DNA from: Lama glama
Lineage: Eukaryota
Length of the DNA: 64,000 nt
Direction of reading: 5' to 3'
NCBI GenBank assembly: GCA_028534125.1
Contig: CM052817.1
Coordinates: 1,676,001-1,740,000 of the forward strand
Each line of letters begins with the position of its first letter. Positions within the stretch are counted from its first letter, which is position 1. The notes under the pieces are model-generated. The model did no database searches. It had not been told where the DNA came from and saw nothing but the letters and a program-made list of their open reading frames with translations. This document shows positions 49,168 to 61,400 of the stretch, in pieces. Both the position numbers and the translations under genes were made by a program.

Positions 49168-52100
49168 CTACTCAGCCTTGCGTGTCTGTGCCGGGGGCCT
49201 CGGGTCCCACAGGAGGAAAAAGGGGAGCAGGAAGAGCCCCGCACACACGGTGAAGCAGACCCGGGCCCCAGCCAGCCAGTACACTGTGGGGAGACAGGCG
49301 ATGATGGCCGCTGCGCCCAGCCTGATCACAAGTGCCCCAGGCCCCGACGTGGCAGGAGCGGACGCAGGAGGCTGAGGGGCGCTGGAAGGGTCTGCATGGC
49401 CTTCACCGGGGGCCAGCAGCCCCCGTGGCCTGGCCTGACCCCCCCACCTCCAGGGTGACAGTGCTCCCCGAGTGCCGTCCGGTGGCCCTCACCTGAGGCG
49501 GCCACCATGGGCCCCAGTGCCCTGGCCAGGGCGCCCAGGCTCCGCAGCGTGCCCATGACTGTGCCCTTCTGCCCGGGTGAGCCTGCAGGAAGTGCGGGGA
49601 AGGCTGTCAGGTGCCCATCGGCCTGTCCCGCCCGGGTGGCCTGGGGCAAGGGAAGAGCCTCTCACCATAGCCGGCGACCACGGAGGACAGACAGGGCACC
49701 ACGACAGCGGCGGCTGGTGGGGGGACATCAAGGAAGCGCCCATCAACCCAGAGGAGAGGCCGGCAGCCCATGACCTCACCCCTCTGGCCCCGGCAGGGCC
49801 ACTCACCGAAGGAGTAGAGCAGCAGCCCCAGGCCTAGCACGGGCAGCGTGTGCCCCCAGCCGATGAGGAGGAAGGCAGGGAGGAGCAGCAGGATGGCCTG
49901 CAGGCGGCACAGCAGATCTCAGAACCAGCCCTGCTGCTTTGGCCAGTGCTCAGGACACCCTGCCCCCACGTCCAGGGGAGCCCCCGTACCCGCTTCACAG
50001 CTGCAACTTCCCTGCCAGGGCTGATCCGTCGGGCGTAGGCGCCCTGGATGGTGGCCATGGTGAGGCCGATGAAGAAAAACATCTTTCCCTGCTGTAGGCT
50101 GCGAGGGGGGAGCTGTCAGCGCCCCTGTTCTCATGCGCTGAGCCAAGCAGCCTGGGCGACAGCCTGCTGGTCACCCGCCAGCCCCAGGATCCTCGCTGGG
50201 CCCCGGGGGATGGGCCAAGGTGGGAGTCAGCCCTGAAGCGATCGGGCTGGGGGCCGCCAGGATGGGGAGCCTGCAGGGCGTCACCAGGCGGGTCCCGGGA
50301 GGGGCCCCAGACTCCCACCTGCTGAACCGGAAGCGCTGGTGCACGAGGAAGCTCAGTGTGTACTCCAGGCCCGAGAACAGGAAGAGGTAGAGGAAGTAGA
50401 CCAGGCCCAGGCGGCGCAGGCTGCCCAGCCCTGGGGAGCAGCAGGGAGGGGCTGTCAGGGCCCCGGGGCAGCCCTAGGGGGCCGCAGCCCCACCCTCTCG
50501 AGGGGGCCTGCTCCTTACTGACTCCAGTGGGCGGGTCTGGGCCACGAGCCACAGCGGAGAAGCGGAGCAGGGCCAGGGGGCTGAGCAGGTCAGCAGCAGC
50601 TTGGAACCCCAGAGTCATGGAGGGCGCCTGGAGAGGACAGAACTGAGGGCCCTGACAGGAACTGGCCGCGTCCCCAGGTTGGGCAGTGCAGGGATGGGCC
50701 TGACCTGAATCTCCCATCCACCTGCCATGCCTAGGGGGCAGAGGGTCTGGGGAGCCAGGCGCCCCAGGAGGCCCTGTGGTCCCAAGAGCCTCTGGACATC
50801 AGGAAAGGACAGCCCGGCCAGCCTGGCCCGTGGGGCTGGCACACACAGCCGGCACCCCTACAGGCCCTGGAGCTGAGGCGAGCCTCTGCACCTTCAAGTC
50901 ATGTCCTTCCGGCTCCCACCTTACCCGCTTCTCCAAGGGCAGAGTCTCCGGCAAGAAGCAGAAGATGAACAGCAGGTCAGAGATCGCGAAGAGCAGGGCC
51001 AACCAAGGTGCCGACTCCAAGGGCAGGGAGGCGCCGAGCATAGGGCCCAGCGTGAAGCCCAGAGAGAAGGCCACCCCGATGACTGCCTGGGGAGAAGGCT
51101 GCCTGAGCCAGGCAGGAAGACCCAGGCGCCCCTCCAGCCCTCGGCCCCCAGCGTGTGCACTCACCATGCCCCGGCTACGGGCGGCAGGTGAGCCCAGGTC
51201 GGCGACAATGGCAGTAGAAAGGCTGACGTTCCCCTTGCTGATGCCCCCGATCACCCTGGAGGCCAGGAAGGCCGCAAAGCTCTTCGAGGCAGCCCACACG
51301 GCATACGAGGTGGCCAGACCTGCCTGCCTCAGGGCAGGGGTCGAGGGCAGGTGCGGTCACTTGAGGCCAGGAGGGGCCCACAGTGGGCCAGAGAGCCCAG
51401 GCAATACCCCTGGGACCCTGCCCTGTTCTGGGGCATGCAAGGACCCCTGTGTTCCCCGTGTCCCCGTGGCAGGAGCAGCTCTGATACAGCCTGGCTTAGC
51501 CACAGGAGCCACCGCCCCCTCAAACACCACCCCCAGGAGGAAGTGAGGGCCAACAAGGGACTGTGAAGGGCCCACAGCTGCCTCCCCAGAGCACTGCGGG
51601 GCGGGGGGTGGGGTGGGAGGAGCCCCTACCCGTGGGCACCCGTACCAGAGATAGCAGCATCACCGGGCGCCTTCCTAGGCAGTCAGAGACGGCCCCCGAG
51701 AGCGGTGCGGAGAGGAACTGCAGGACGGAGAAAACTGAGCCAATCAGACCTGGAAGAGACAGAAGTCAGTCACCACAAGGGTCTGATCAGGCTGGGCCCC
51801 CCTGTATTCTCAGGCCATGGGCCTCCAGCTGAGGTGGCCCCAACAGTATGTGGACATCACTTGGAAAGGTGGCAGACAGGCCTGGGAATGAGAAGATGTG
51901 GACCAGAGCCTGAGACTGACAGGCGCCCAGGGGAAGGAGGACGGCCAGGGCCAGGAAGACAGTACGCTAGTGGGCCCACCATGTGGGCTCAGGGCCATAC
52001 CTCCAAACAGGACGCTGTTGTATCTCTTCTCTGCGGGCATCCCGATGGCTGCAGCAAACCAGTCCACTCCTCGCTGCCATGAGCCATAGAGGGGATCCTG

Positions 52101-52393
52101 GGGGATGAGGAAGTGTGACGAGCTGGGGGGGGGGTCCCCGATAAGGCTTGGGGCAATCATGGGGCAGTTATGGCACGGGGGCAAGGAGTGAAGGGGCATG
52201 GAGACTGGCGGAGGCTCACGTGGGACCGGCCATGGCTCTCCAGCAGCCCGGGCAGCAGGGGCAGCAGCAGAGTGAAGGCCAGGAGGTCCAGCAGAAGGCC
52301 GAGGAAGACTACGGTGACCACGCGGGTTTCGGATTCCGGCTGCTGGTGGATGGGTGGGCGCGGGGTGCAGCTGCCTCCGGCTCCCCAGCCCAT
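49168..52393 (-). CDS. MFSD10: Major facilitator superfamily domain-containing protein 10 (tetracycline-transporter-like), 12 coding exons, 1371 nt, 456 aa
   Basis: Exons 52393-52220, 52097-52001, 51749-51646, 51323-51165, 51086-50925, 50627-50519, 50430-50319, 50098-49990, 49897-49807, 49713-49666, 49582-49493 and 49283-49168 join in frame with GT-AG; MGWGAGGSCTPRPP start, MFS motif A GAVSDCLGRRP, motif C-like GFTLGPMLG, ends RKAE*. Confidence 0.96.
51346..51515. repeat. Inverted repeat arm A (170 bp) in the MFSD10 intron between coding exons 3 and 4
   Basis: Reverse complement of 52576-52746, ~159/171 identical by manual alignment. Confidence 0.95.
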
Positions 52394-52575
52394 GATGGGG
52401 ACCGCTCCGATCCCGCCTGGCTGAGCGTGTGGCGGGACTGCATGAGGGCACATTGCACGAGGGCACATCTGGGTGCCCCAGCGCCCACGCCCACCTACCA
52501 TGGAGGGAAACAGTCTCCCACCTGCCGCCGTCTCCACCCTTCCCCCGACTGGCTTACAGCCAGCGCGCACCTAAA

Positions 52576-52746
52576 GCGGTGGCTCCTGTGGCTAGGCCAA
52601 GCTGTATCAGAGCTGCTCCTGCCAAGGGGACACTGGGAACATAAGGGGTCTTTGCATGCTCCAGAACAGGGCAGGGTCCCAGGGGTACTGCCTGGGCTTG
52701 CTGGCCCACTGTGGGCCCCTCCTGGCCTCAAATGACCGCACCTGCC
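52576..52746. repeat. Inverted repeat arm B (171 bp) upstream of the MFSD10 ATG exon
   Basis: Reverse complement of 51346-51515. Confidence 0.95.
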
Positions 52747-52749
52747 GGG

Positions 52750-53720
52750 GGAGCCGGTTACCCAACACTGCGGTACTTTTGTGCGCCCTGCCCTCGGCTC
52801 TGGGCAGCAGATAACGCAGGCTGCGAAGGTTGTGCAAAGAAACCGCAGCTCCAGAGGCCAACCGTCCAGGGGCCGGGGCGAAGCATCCCAGCCCCAGACA
52901 CCTCCCCGCCGCCGCCCACGTCCCGGTGCGGAACGGCCTGGGAAACGGAGGCCCGCGCGCGGGGCGGGACCTGGGCGGGCGCAGGGACGGCCCCGCGCTC
53001 CGGAGAGCACGACCCCCGCCCACCCTGGACCGCACGCCCCGCCCCGACACCGCTCCGCACCTGCGGTAGCCGCGCGCTCGGAACCAAAAGACAGAAAGAC
53101 CGACAGACACAGGACGGACCTCCAAGCAGGATGGGCGCGCCGGCTCCGCCGCGCCGGAAACGAGCGGATCTGCCACGCCCAGTTGCGGGCGGGGCTTCAA
53201 CATCCGGAAACGGGCACGACCCGACGCTTCCTTTTCCGGCCGCCGGGAGGGGCCCGAGCCGGACTCCGAGGCAGCTAGCTGCATCCCGGCGGGGAGGGGT
53301 CCGAACGGAGGTTCCCGACAGGCCGGAGTCTCGTTTGTCCAGACTTTGCACCCGAGGGGGCGACGAGACCTGCCTGCTGAGGACCTCGGGCCGAGGGCTG
53401 TAGGGTGAGGTCCAGCCTGGCCGGACCCTCCACTCCCGCCGAGACGCACCACGGATTCGCGGGCTTGCCCGCACCTGCGTCTCGGCCGGACAGGCGGGTG
53501 AAGAGGAGCAGGTGCTCCCACCGGCCGCACTCGGGCCGGGGCCAGACCCCCGCACAGCTGGAGGAGCTCCGGGCTGCAGGACACCTGGCCTGCACCACCT
53601 CCCGCTTCTCTCCCGTCTCCCGAAACCCACGCCTCCAGCCGAGACGACCGGAGGCAAACCGGGAAGGGCATCCCGGGAAGTGGAAGCGCCACGGTCCCCC
53701 CCCTTGTCGACTTGGCACTC
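52750..53720. promoter_or_regulatory. CpG island promoter of MFSD10, probably bidirectional
   Basis: Very high GC and CpG density, GC boxes (e.g. GGGCGGGG ~53187), CCGGAA ETS-like cores at ~53154, ~53204 and ~53234. Confidence 0.85.
53061..53200 (-). other. MFSD10: Putative MFSD10 non-coding first exon (5' end approximate)
   Basis: Minus-strand donor CAG|gtgcgg at 53061/53060 inside the CpG island; candidate acceptors near 52415-52425 upstream of the ATG. Confidence 0.55.
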
Positions 53721-55491
53721 GTACCCCCCTCTTTAAATCCCCAAATAAACATAATCGCACTCACACTTCTAACATGCAGTTGTTCCACCTCTGACCCCAA
53801 AGAACACCTGTTAGCTCTTTCCCTAAAGAGGACACGTTCCTTCATCCAGGTTTGGGCGCCATTCAACTCTTCCCGCCGTTCACGCCCCCTTTAGACGCCG
53901 GAAACTGGCCTACTGGAGAGAAGCCTAAACACTTCTCACCTTAAATGGCAGGGGAGGGGCTGAGGGAAAGAAGAGCTGGATAACCCACATGCGTTTTCAT
54001 ATCGAAATACTCAGGACAGCCCTCATTTCTACACCTAGCCAGGTGGTCACAGCTGGGTTTCATAACCACCTTCTTCCAGGACCCATTCTACACACACCTC
54101 CTGCAAGGAGTAGGAGGCTGGGCTGGATGGCCATCTACGTCCATACTAGAATCTCCAAGGGTTATGTCTGGAGAGGTCAGGGAGAGGCCCAGGGTGGGCA
54201 GAGGCAAGTATGCTCGGATGACACACGATCCAAAGCTGGGGCTTTGTGAGTTGGTGCTGGCACGCTCCTTTCTCACAGAGCTCAGTAGCAAGGCCTGGGC
54301 CCGAGAGCCCTGTGGCCTGGCGAATTAATGGAGCAACAGCTGCACGACAGTTCATCCGTGGTCAAGCCTGTACAATGCTACCAGCAGGCCAGGGCTACAC
54401 AGCGAGGAGCTGAAGCGGCCCGTCTGTGGAGCTGACCAGCGCCAGGGCTGCGGAGATTTGTGGGGCACACACCTGTCAAGAATCCTGGGGAGGCGGGTAG
54501 GATGCAAGTACCTGATCGAATGTGATCCCTTCATTGGTCCGTTTCAAACCCAAGGCAACCTTGGCTGGAGCCCGGCCTGCCACCAGGGGGCGCTCTGGCC
54601 CTGTGTTCGCATTCTGAGCTCCAACACTGCTGGACCCTCCAAACTTGATTCCCCCCACCACCCTGCTTGGGAGAGCCAGATTCCGGGCCTGGTCACCCTC
54701 TTGGTCACCTCCTCCTTGTCCAGTCTGGCTAGCCCTCAAATCTCCCCATGGTTGCGGCCATGGCTTGTGACGTCAGCCACAGTCACCTGGGGAATGAGGA
54801 CCCAGTGTCTTGTCCTAGGAGACTGGGATGGGGCGTGGGGGCTGAGGGACCCACCCTCCCCAGCCCCCTACTCAGGGACGTGGCCCTGTGCAAGGCCATG
54901 GCCCCAGGGCTGCACGGACGGGCGGGCAGACAGCCTCCTTTGTCCTTGGGAAGCCTCCTGGTTAGAGCAGAGGAAAAGTTGGCACTTTGTTAACTTACAA
55001 GCTTAACCATAACCTCTGGGCCTTCCAGCTGAAAATTACTGTGGCCCAGAACTGCCCCATGGGTCACTGTGGATGCCGCCCAGCCCCTCCGCCTTCCACA
55101 GCCACCACAGCATCAAATTAAGACAGAACTGGGACAAGGCCAATCATGGCAGCTAGGGTGCTGGGGTCATGGGCGAGTTCTAAACTGTCTGCAAACTCAT
55201 TTCATTTGTAAATGAAAATTTATGTAAGTTAACACTCCAAATTCTACACATGAAGTTGTCCAGAGTCAACTGTGACTAACGGAGGTTTGTCTGGGCACGA
55301 AGAACAAAGGTCTTTACAGTGTATTTGCACACAGCTCTCACAGAGGCTGGGTCCTAATTCCCAAAGTGCAGCTCTTCGGGAGAGAGGTCTTAACAGGAAC
55401 TGAAGCACAGGGAGAAACTCTCACTGCCCTTACAGCGTCCCTTACCACCTTCACTCCACGGAACCTCCTTGTCTAACTCATAAAACACGAC

Positions 55492-58400
55492 TTATTTTTT
55501 GAACTTCTTCCTTTTCAGAGCCTTCCATTCACCTTCTTGCGTAGCCAGGCTGTTAAAAAGCTGCTTCACTTTCCGCTTTCTTTCCGCATCCCTTGGGAAA
55601 AAAAAGCCATTTTGGATTAGTTTTTGGAGGATGTCTTGCCTTTTTCGTGCCTGTGTCTGACCCAAGAGCGGTTCAGAAGCACGTGGAGCTGCAGTGACGG
55701 AAGCTGCCTGCCCCGCCCCAGCCCAGCCCCTGCGTCCAGGTCACGGAGGGGCCGGGCCCTCGCCCTGGCTCACAGCAGCCAGCCCAGCCCGGCGGCCCCT
55801 CACCGTTCCGTGATCTCCGAGAGCTGCATCCGAGCCAGGAACTGGTTGTCCCGGCGGATCTCCCGGACGGCCCCCCTGAACTCCCGCTTGTGCTTGTGGA
55901 TGAGCCTCTTCCTCTCCTGCTCCTCCTTACTGCTCCCCTGCTTCCTCCCAAACTCCAGGCTGAAAGCGGAAAGCCTGCGTCAGGAGGCGGACATGGAGCC
56001 CAGGTCTGACCCAGAGCCGGCGGGGCCTCAGGTCAAGGCTGCCCAGGCCCACGGCCCCCCTCCTGGGCCCCTCCCGGGACTGGGGAGCCCCGCTGTCCTC
56101 ACACTCTGACCAGCCGGGGGGTGAACAGCTTCAGCGGCACCGGCTTGCTCTTCTCACAGACCAGCGGCCGGCAGAGCTGCGCCTGAGTTTCCATCTCCGT
56201 CAGTGCGCTCTGCCCCAGCTCCTGAAAGGCACACAAGCCCACGCTGACCGCCGGATGCTCCTCCCCGGGGCCGTGGCTGCCGGGGCTGCTGAACGGAGGA
56301 GCTGTGCTCACAGACAGCGGCTGTATGTCTGGCCGGATCGGCTCCCGTCTTCCTGCCTACAGGGGAGGGAACCTGCACGACTGGGAGGCCTGCACCCTCC
56401 TCACAGTGCCTGGCATGGCCGAAGTCCAACCCACGGAGGCACACACATTGGGGACCAAGCCCACTCATACACGTGGGAGCTTCCAGGCTTCCCTGAACAC
56501 CACAGTGGGACCATCCTCAGAAAACCCGTGTGGCCTGAGGGATGCGGAGCCTGGAGCCGCTGTCCAGGCCCCAGAGGGCAGTGGGCGGGGGGAAGGGGCA
56601 CCGAACTGCCGAACAGTGTTAACAACCTTCAAATAAAATTGCAGGTCCTAGCTCAGCTCAGCAGGACAGTGGCTTCTCGCTAGTTTTCCCACGACTCTAA
56701 TGTTCCTTCCCACCGGTGTTCACAGTGTACACGTGCCGTCCTTGGTTTCAAGGGCTGGAATCTCAACGGCAGAAACGCACTCACCTGTCCCCCGCCCCCC
56801 CCGCCCCGTCACAGAAACGGCCGCGCCGGGCCAGGGCCTCACCTGCAGCTCCCGGGGGTGGCTGCCGTCGGCCAGGTGCTCCGTCAGGAGGGCTCTGAGG
56901 GGCCTCACGATGTCGTGGAAGGATGGCAGAGCGCCATACACGCGCACACAGCGCTCCACCAGGGCCAGACACACGGCCAGGCAGGATAGTCTGCAGGGGC
57001 GAGAGGAAGGGCCACCTCGTCCTTTCCGCCACCAACAGAGCCAGTTGTCTTGGCAAGTGAAACCCTTCCACGCGCCGCTCTGAAGCGCCCAGTGTGGGCC
57101 GCAGACACTGAGGTCAAGTATCGGCCGCGCGCAGCGTCGGCAGCAGCCAACGCCCGCAGTATTCGGAGCTAAAGAAAACACCGCGTTTCCCAGAGCAAGG
57201 ATTGTGGAGCGGAAAGCAGGAACAACCTGGAAAGAGTGGCTCTGCTGTAGTTAGTCTTCTTTTAAAGAGGAGAAAATCGAAGTTTAATAACAGATGGGAG
57301 AGACCTAGGAGAACTGACTGACTTGCCACAATGGCCGAAGTCCTCATCTTAAATAAATCCCATTTCAGTTTTTAAATAATTAAAACCATCTGCAACACCA
57401 AGCAGGTATATTTTGAAACTAACATACACCATTCTGGAGAAAAAAATGGCCGTCAGGACTTGAACAGACATTACTCCGAAGAAGATTATGAATAAACACA
57501 TGGAAAGATGCTCAACATCACTAAATGATCTGGGAAATGCAAATCAAAACCAAAATCACACCCATGAGGATGGCTAACATCAAAAAAACAGAAAATACTA
57601 AGTGCTGACAAGGATGTGGAGAAACCAGAGCCCTTGTGCACTCCTAGTGGGAACGTAAAATGGTGCAGCCACGGAGGAAAACAGCATAGAGGTTCCTAAA
57701 AAAGAAGAGAGCTACTGTATGAGCCAGCAGTCCCACTTCCGGGTATGAACACAACTGAAAGCAGGAACCAGAACAGACACTTGTACACCCACATCCACAG
57801 GAGCACTACCCAGAGTGACCAAAAAGTGGGAGCAACCCGGGTGTCCACTGACAGATGAACGGGTAAACAAGAATATGGTCCATCCACACAGTGGAATATT
57901 ACTCAGCCTTAAAAAGGAAGGAAATTCTGACACCTGCTACAACATGGATGAACCTTGAGACATTATGCTCAGGGAAATAAGCCAGTCACAAGAGGTCAAA
58001 TCCTGTATGATTCCACCCATGTGAGGTCCCGAGGAGTCAAGTCCACATAGGCAGAAAGCAGACAGTGCTTGCCGGGAGCTTGGGGATGGTGGGGAATTGT
58101 GACAGAGTTTCCGTTTGGGAAGATGAGTGAGTTCTGGAGGTGGCTGGTGGTAATGGTTCCATAACAATGTGAATGCACTTAATGTCACCAAACCGTACAT
58201 TTAAAATGGTTAAGATGGTAAATTTTATATTATCTATATTTTAACACAATAAAAAATTTTTCAAATAATTCATATTTTAAAAAATCAGAGAATGAAAGGA
58301 CTTACAGGAAAAAGCCCCAGCCCTCTCCTCACCCTGCCACTTCTCCTACAGACTGAAGCTGTGACCCCACAAAATTCCTGCGCTGGAACCTAAGCCCTAG

Positions 58401-61400
58401 CGTGATGGTCTGTGGAGGTGATCAGGCCTCCCAGCCCACGAACAGGGATGTGTTTCCATCTACTTATGTCTTTGATCATTTCTTCCAGCAGTGTTTTGCA
58501 GTTTCGCTGTCTAAGTCTTCTATCTCCCTGGTTCAGTTAATTCTTAAGTATTGCACTGCTTTTGACATGACTGTACATGGAGTTACTTCTGTGACTTCTT
58601 CTTCTGACTGTTCACTGAGCGGAGACACAGCTGACTTGTGTGTGCTGACTCCGCACCCCACTACTTTGCCGAATTCATTTTTTCAGAGTTCATAGCTTTT
58701 CTGTGGAATCACTGGGATTTTCTACACATCAGATCACATCATCTGCAAACAGAGGTAAGGCTGGTGCACGTTCAGGTGCTGGGTCCTGGGTCATGTCTGG
58801 CTCCTGGCCTGGCCTCTGGGGTCTAGCCTGGCACCCAGGGGCCCAGGAGCCACGTCCCGGGAGCCCTGGGCCTGCACGTACCTGGTGTGGTTGGCTTCCG
58901 TCTTCGTCTGGGCTTTCGGTCCAGCTGCCCAGTGGAGGGAGAGGCGTCTCCTCTGCCATGTGGCCATGTCCTCCTTGTCAGAAACCACGAGCAGCTCTGA
59001 GTTCCTCCCAAGTGCTCTGAAAGGGTGCACCAGAGTGTAACCTGAATCCAAGTGGGACAGGGACAGAAACGGCCTCTGAGTGTTACCAGGCCCCTGGGGA
59101 GGCTCTCTGGGGTGAGGCCTCTGGAAGTTCACTTTCAACAAACATGCATTTCCCGCGCAGAGGTGAGCGACGCCTTTAGCAGTGGTGCTTGGGCCAGGTC
59201 CAAGAACAGACCAGGTCCTTGCCCGTGGAGGACACGAACAAACCAGACTGACTGCTGGGAAGAAACAACGGACAGAAAAACAGCAGAGGAGGGTGAGGGG
59301 GACCGGTTGGGGGCGCTGGGGGTGGAGCCAGGAAGCCAAGCTAACCAGGTCAGAGAAGGCCTGTTTCAGAGACCCGGGGCGGGGAGCAGGGCTTAACCCA
59401 GTCGTGAGGCAGAAGAGCCGTCGAGGTGCAGGGAGCGGCCTGTAGGGGAGGGCACAGGGCCTGGCGGGTCCAGGTGAGGCCACGTGGGCGGTGGCTGGGC
59501 AGAGGGAGGTGCAGGTGGGCAGCAGCCAGCTGCAACCCCCGCCCGCCCGACTCCAGCAGGCAGTGCGGCCCCTGCGGCTCCCTGCCCTGAGCTGCAGTCT
59601 CTTCTGATGGGTCTCCCTGGGGTGTGGCCAGCCTCTCCGGTGCCACCCCCACGGCTGGTGGAGAGGCGCAAGCTGCCTGAGGGTCAGGGGGAGAGCGACA
59701 GGCAGGGAAGCCTCCCCGAGGTTACGAGGGGAAAGCGAGGACGGGGCACAGGGCGTGCTGAGCGGAGGGGCCGCCAGACCCCAAAGGGCGCCCGCTGGGC
59801 ATGTGCAGGTGCTCAGCACCACAGATGTGCTGCGAACGGGGACGTGGGCTTGTCCTTGAGACGCGACCTGCGATCAGGCCAGGAGAGGGACCCCACAGTC
59901 ACGAAAGAGCGAGGGGACCAAGGGCAAGCAACCCCCCGGGGACGAGGAGGGAGCGTCGGGGGTGTCGGGTCGTGGGGGGCGGCGGTGAGGACACCGCAGC
60001 TCATGGGGTGAACAGAGGCTATGGCTCTTTCTCAGAGAACTGCTGTTGATTCTCTCTCCTCCCCAAATTCGGGACGCTGCAGAAGCTGTACAGAGAAACG
60101 TGGCCAACCAGATGCACACTGTGAGCGGTGTGTGAGTTAAAAAGCTGTCGCCACACGCAAACAAGCAGAAAGGCAAATCTTACTGGTGTACTGTGTTTCT
60201 CCCCCACGTGCTACTTCAACACACAGTCAATATAAAAACCGAGGTGTTTTATGTATTTTTGGCAGTGAGACTTGCTGTGTGGGGAAACTCTGCCCTTACT
60301 CGGTTCAGACTCTCCACACGCGGCTGTGACCCTGATTTTCCAAAGTGCAGGTGTGGACGCAGCCACACAGAGGGGAAGGCTGCTGCTCCGCGTGACGGAC
60401 TTCACGTGTTTTTGTCTTCTAACTTTCCCGTATTCCAAATTTTCTAGAGAATATGCACTACTTTTGAAAGATTTTAAATTCTGAACTACAACATATTTGA
60501 AAAAGCTCCGTCAAAACAACTCACCTTGGCTTTGCTTCTTCGGAGTCGCTATGTAGAGGATCCCGAGGAGAAAGTTAACGAGCTCGGGTATGAACCTCTG
60601 AGACAGAGACACGTAGTCCAGGAACACGCAGCACACGAACAGGCCCTTCAGCACGTCTCGCAGGGACAGGACGGGGCACTGTGGAGGACCAGGGCACGGC
60701 CCGGGAGGCTCAGTAGGGGAGAGTGTTGTGATCACAGGGCCCCCCTTTCGGAGTGGAACGATCATTACTGCAGGGCGTGTGCACCCCTCACACGCCCAAT
60801 GGAGGCAAAAGGAACTATGGGGACCTTTTTAAGCCAAGAGGGGAACGGGGCCCCACATCAGACCTGATGCTTTCTGGGGTCACACCTTCTGCCCCTGGCC
60901 TGGGGCGGCCGAGCTCGGGAGCGCGGGGCGGGGCGGGGCGGGGCGAGGCCACTTCTGATCTCCCCACCCCCGCAGGAGAGCTGTTCCGCCGCCAGAGCCA
61001 GGGGTCGGTCCCGGGACGCCGGGGTGGAGGGTGCTGACGTACCTTGGTGAGCAGCTGGCTCATACACAGCAGCGCGGGGGTGACAACGGGGTGCCGGAAG
61101 TCCGAGGTTGGAAACAACATCCCAACGATTTTCAAGTAAATGAGCTGGAAAGAAAGTCACCACACAGGTTAAAAAGGGAAAACAAAGGTGAAAACGGCGC
61201 CTTTTGAAAGGGCCCAAGAGCAAAATAGGTTTTGAAGCTCCTGCGGGAACACAGCCAAGTACGCAGGGACACCAGCTGTCATGTGTCTGGCGGCCAGATC
61301 AGGGCCCCCGAAGGTGCCCGCGCCCCCCTCACCTCCCCACGCGCTGGGCAGGGCCACCCTCACAGCACAAGGCCAACTCCTCCAGGACATGCGGTGTTTT

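Noticed and set aside
50776..51546. 256-aa plus-strand ORF and similar ORFs across MFSD10
   Set aside because: Antisense shadows of GC-rich MFSD10 exons
51329..52735. Near-identical short peptides in the ORF track (e.g. GRVPGVLPGL.GPLWAPPGLK) suggesting duplicated small genes
   Set aside because: They are translations of the intronic inverted-repeat arms; a 1-bp indel between the arms breaks frame conservation
52607..53866. 419-aa, 299-aa and 230-aa ORFs over the CpG island
   Set aside because: Low-complexity Arg/Gly/Pro/Ala translations in several overlapping frames, as expected from stop-poor GC-rich DNA; no recognisable domain
58791..59822. 343-aa minus-strand ORF
   Set aside because: Only 58882-59041 is a real NOP14 exon; the rest is open intronic frame
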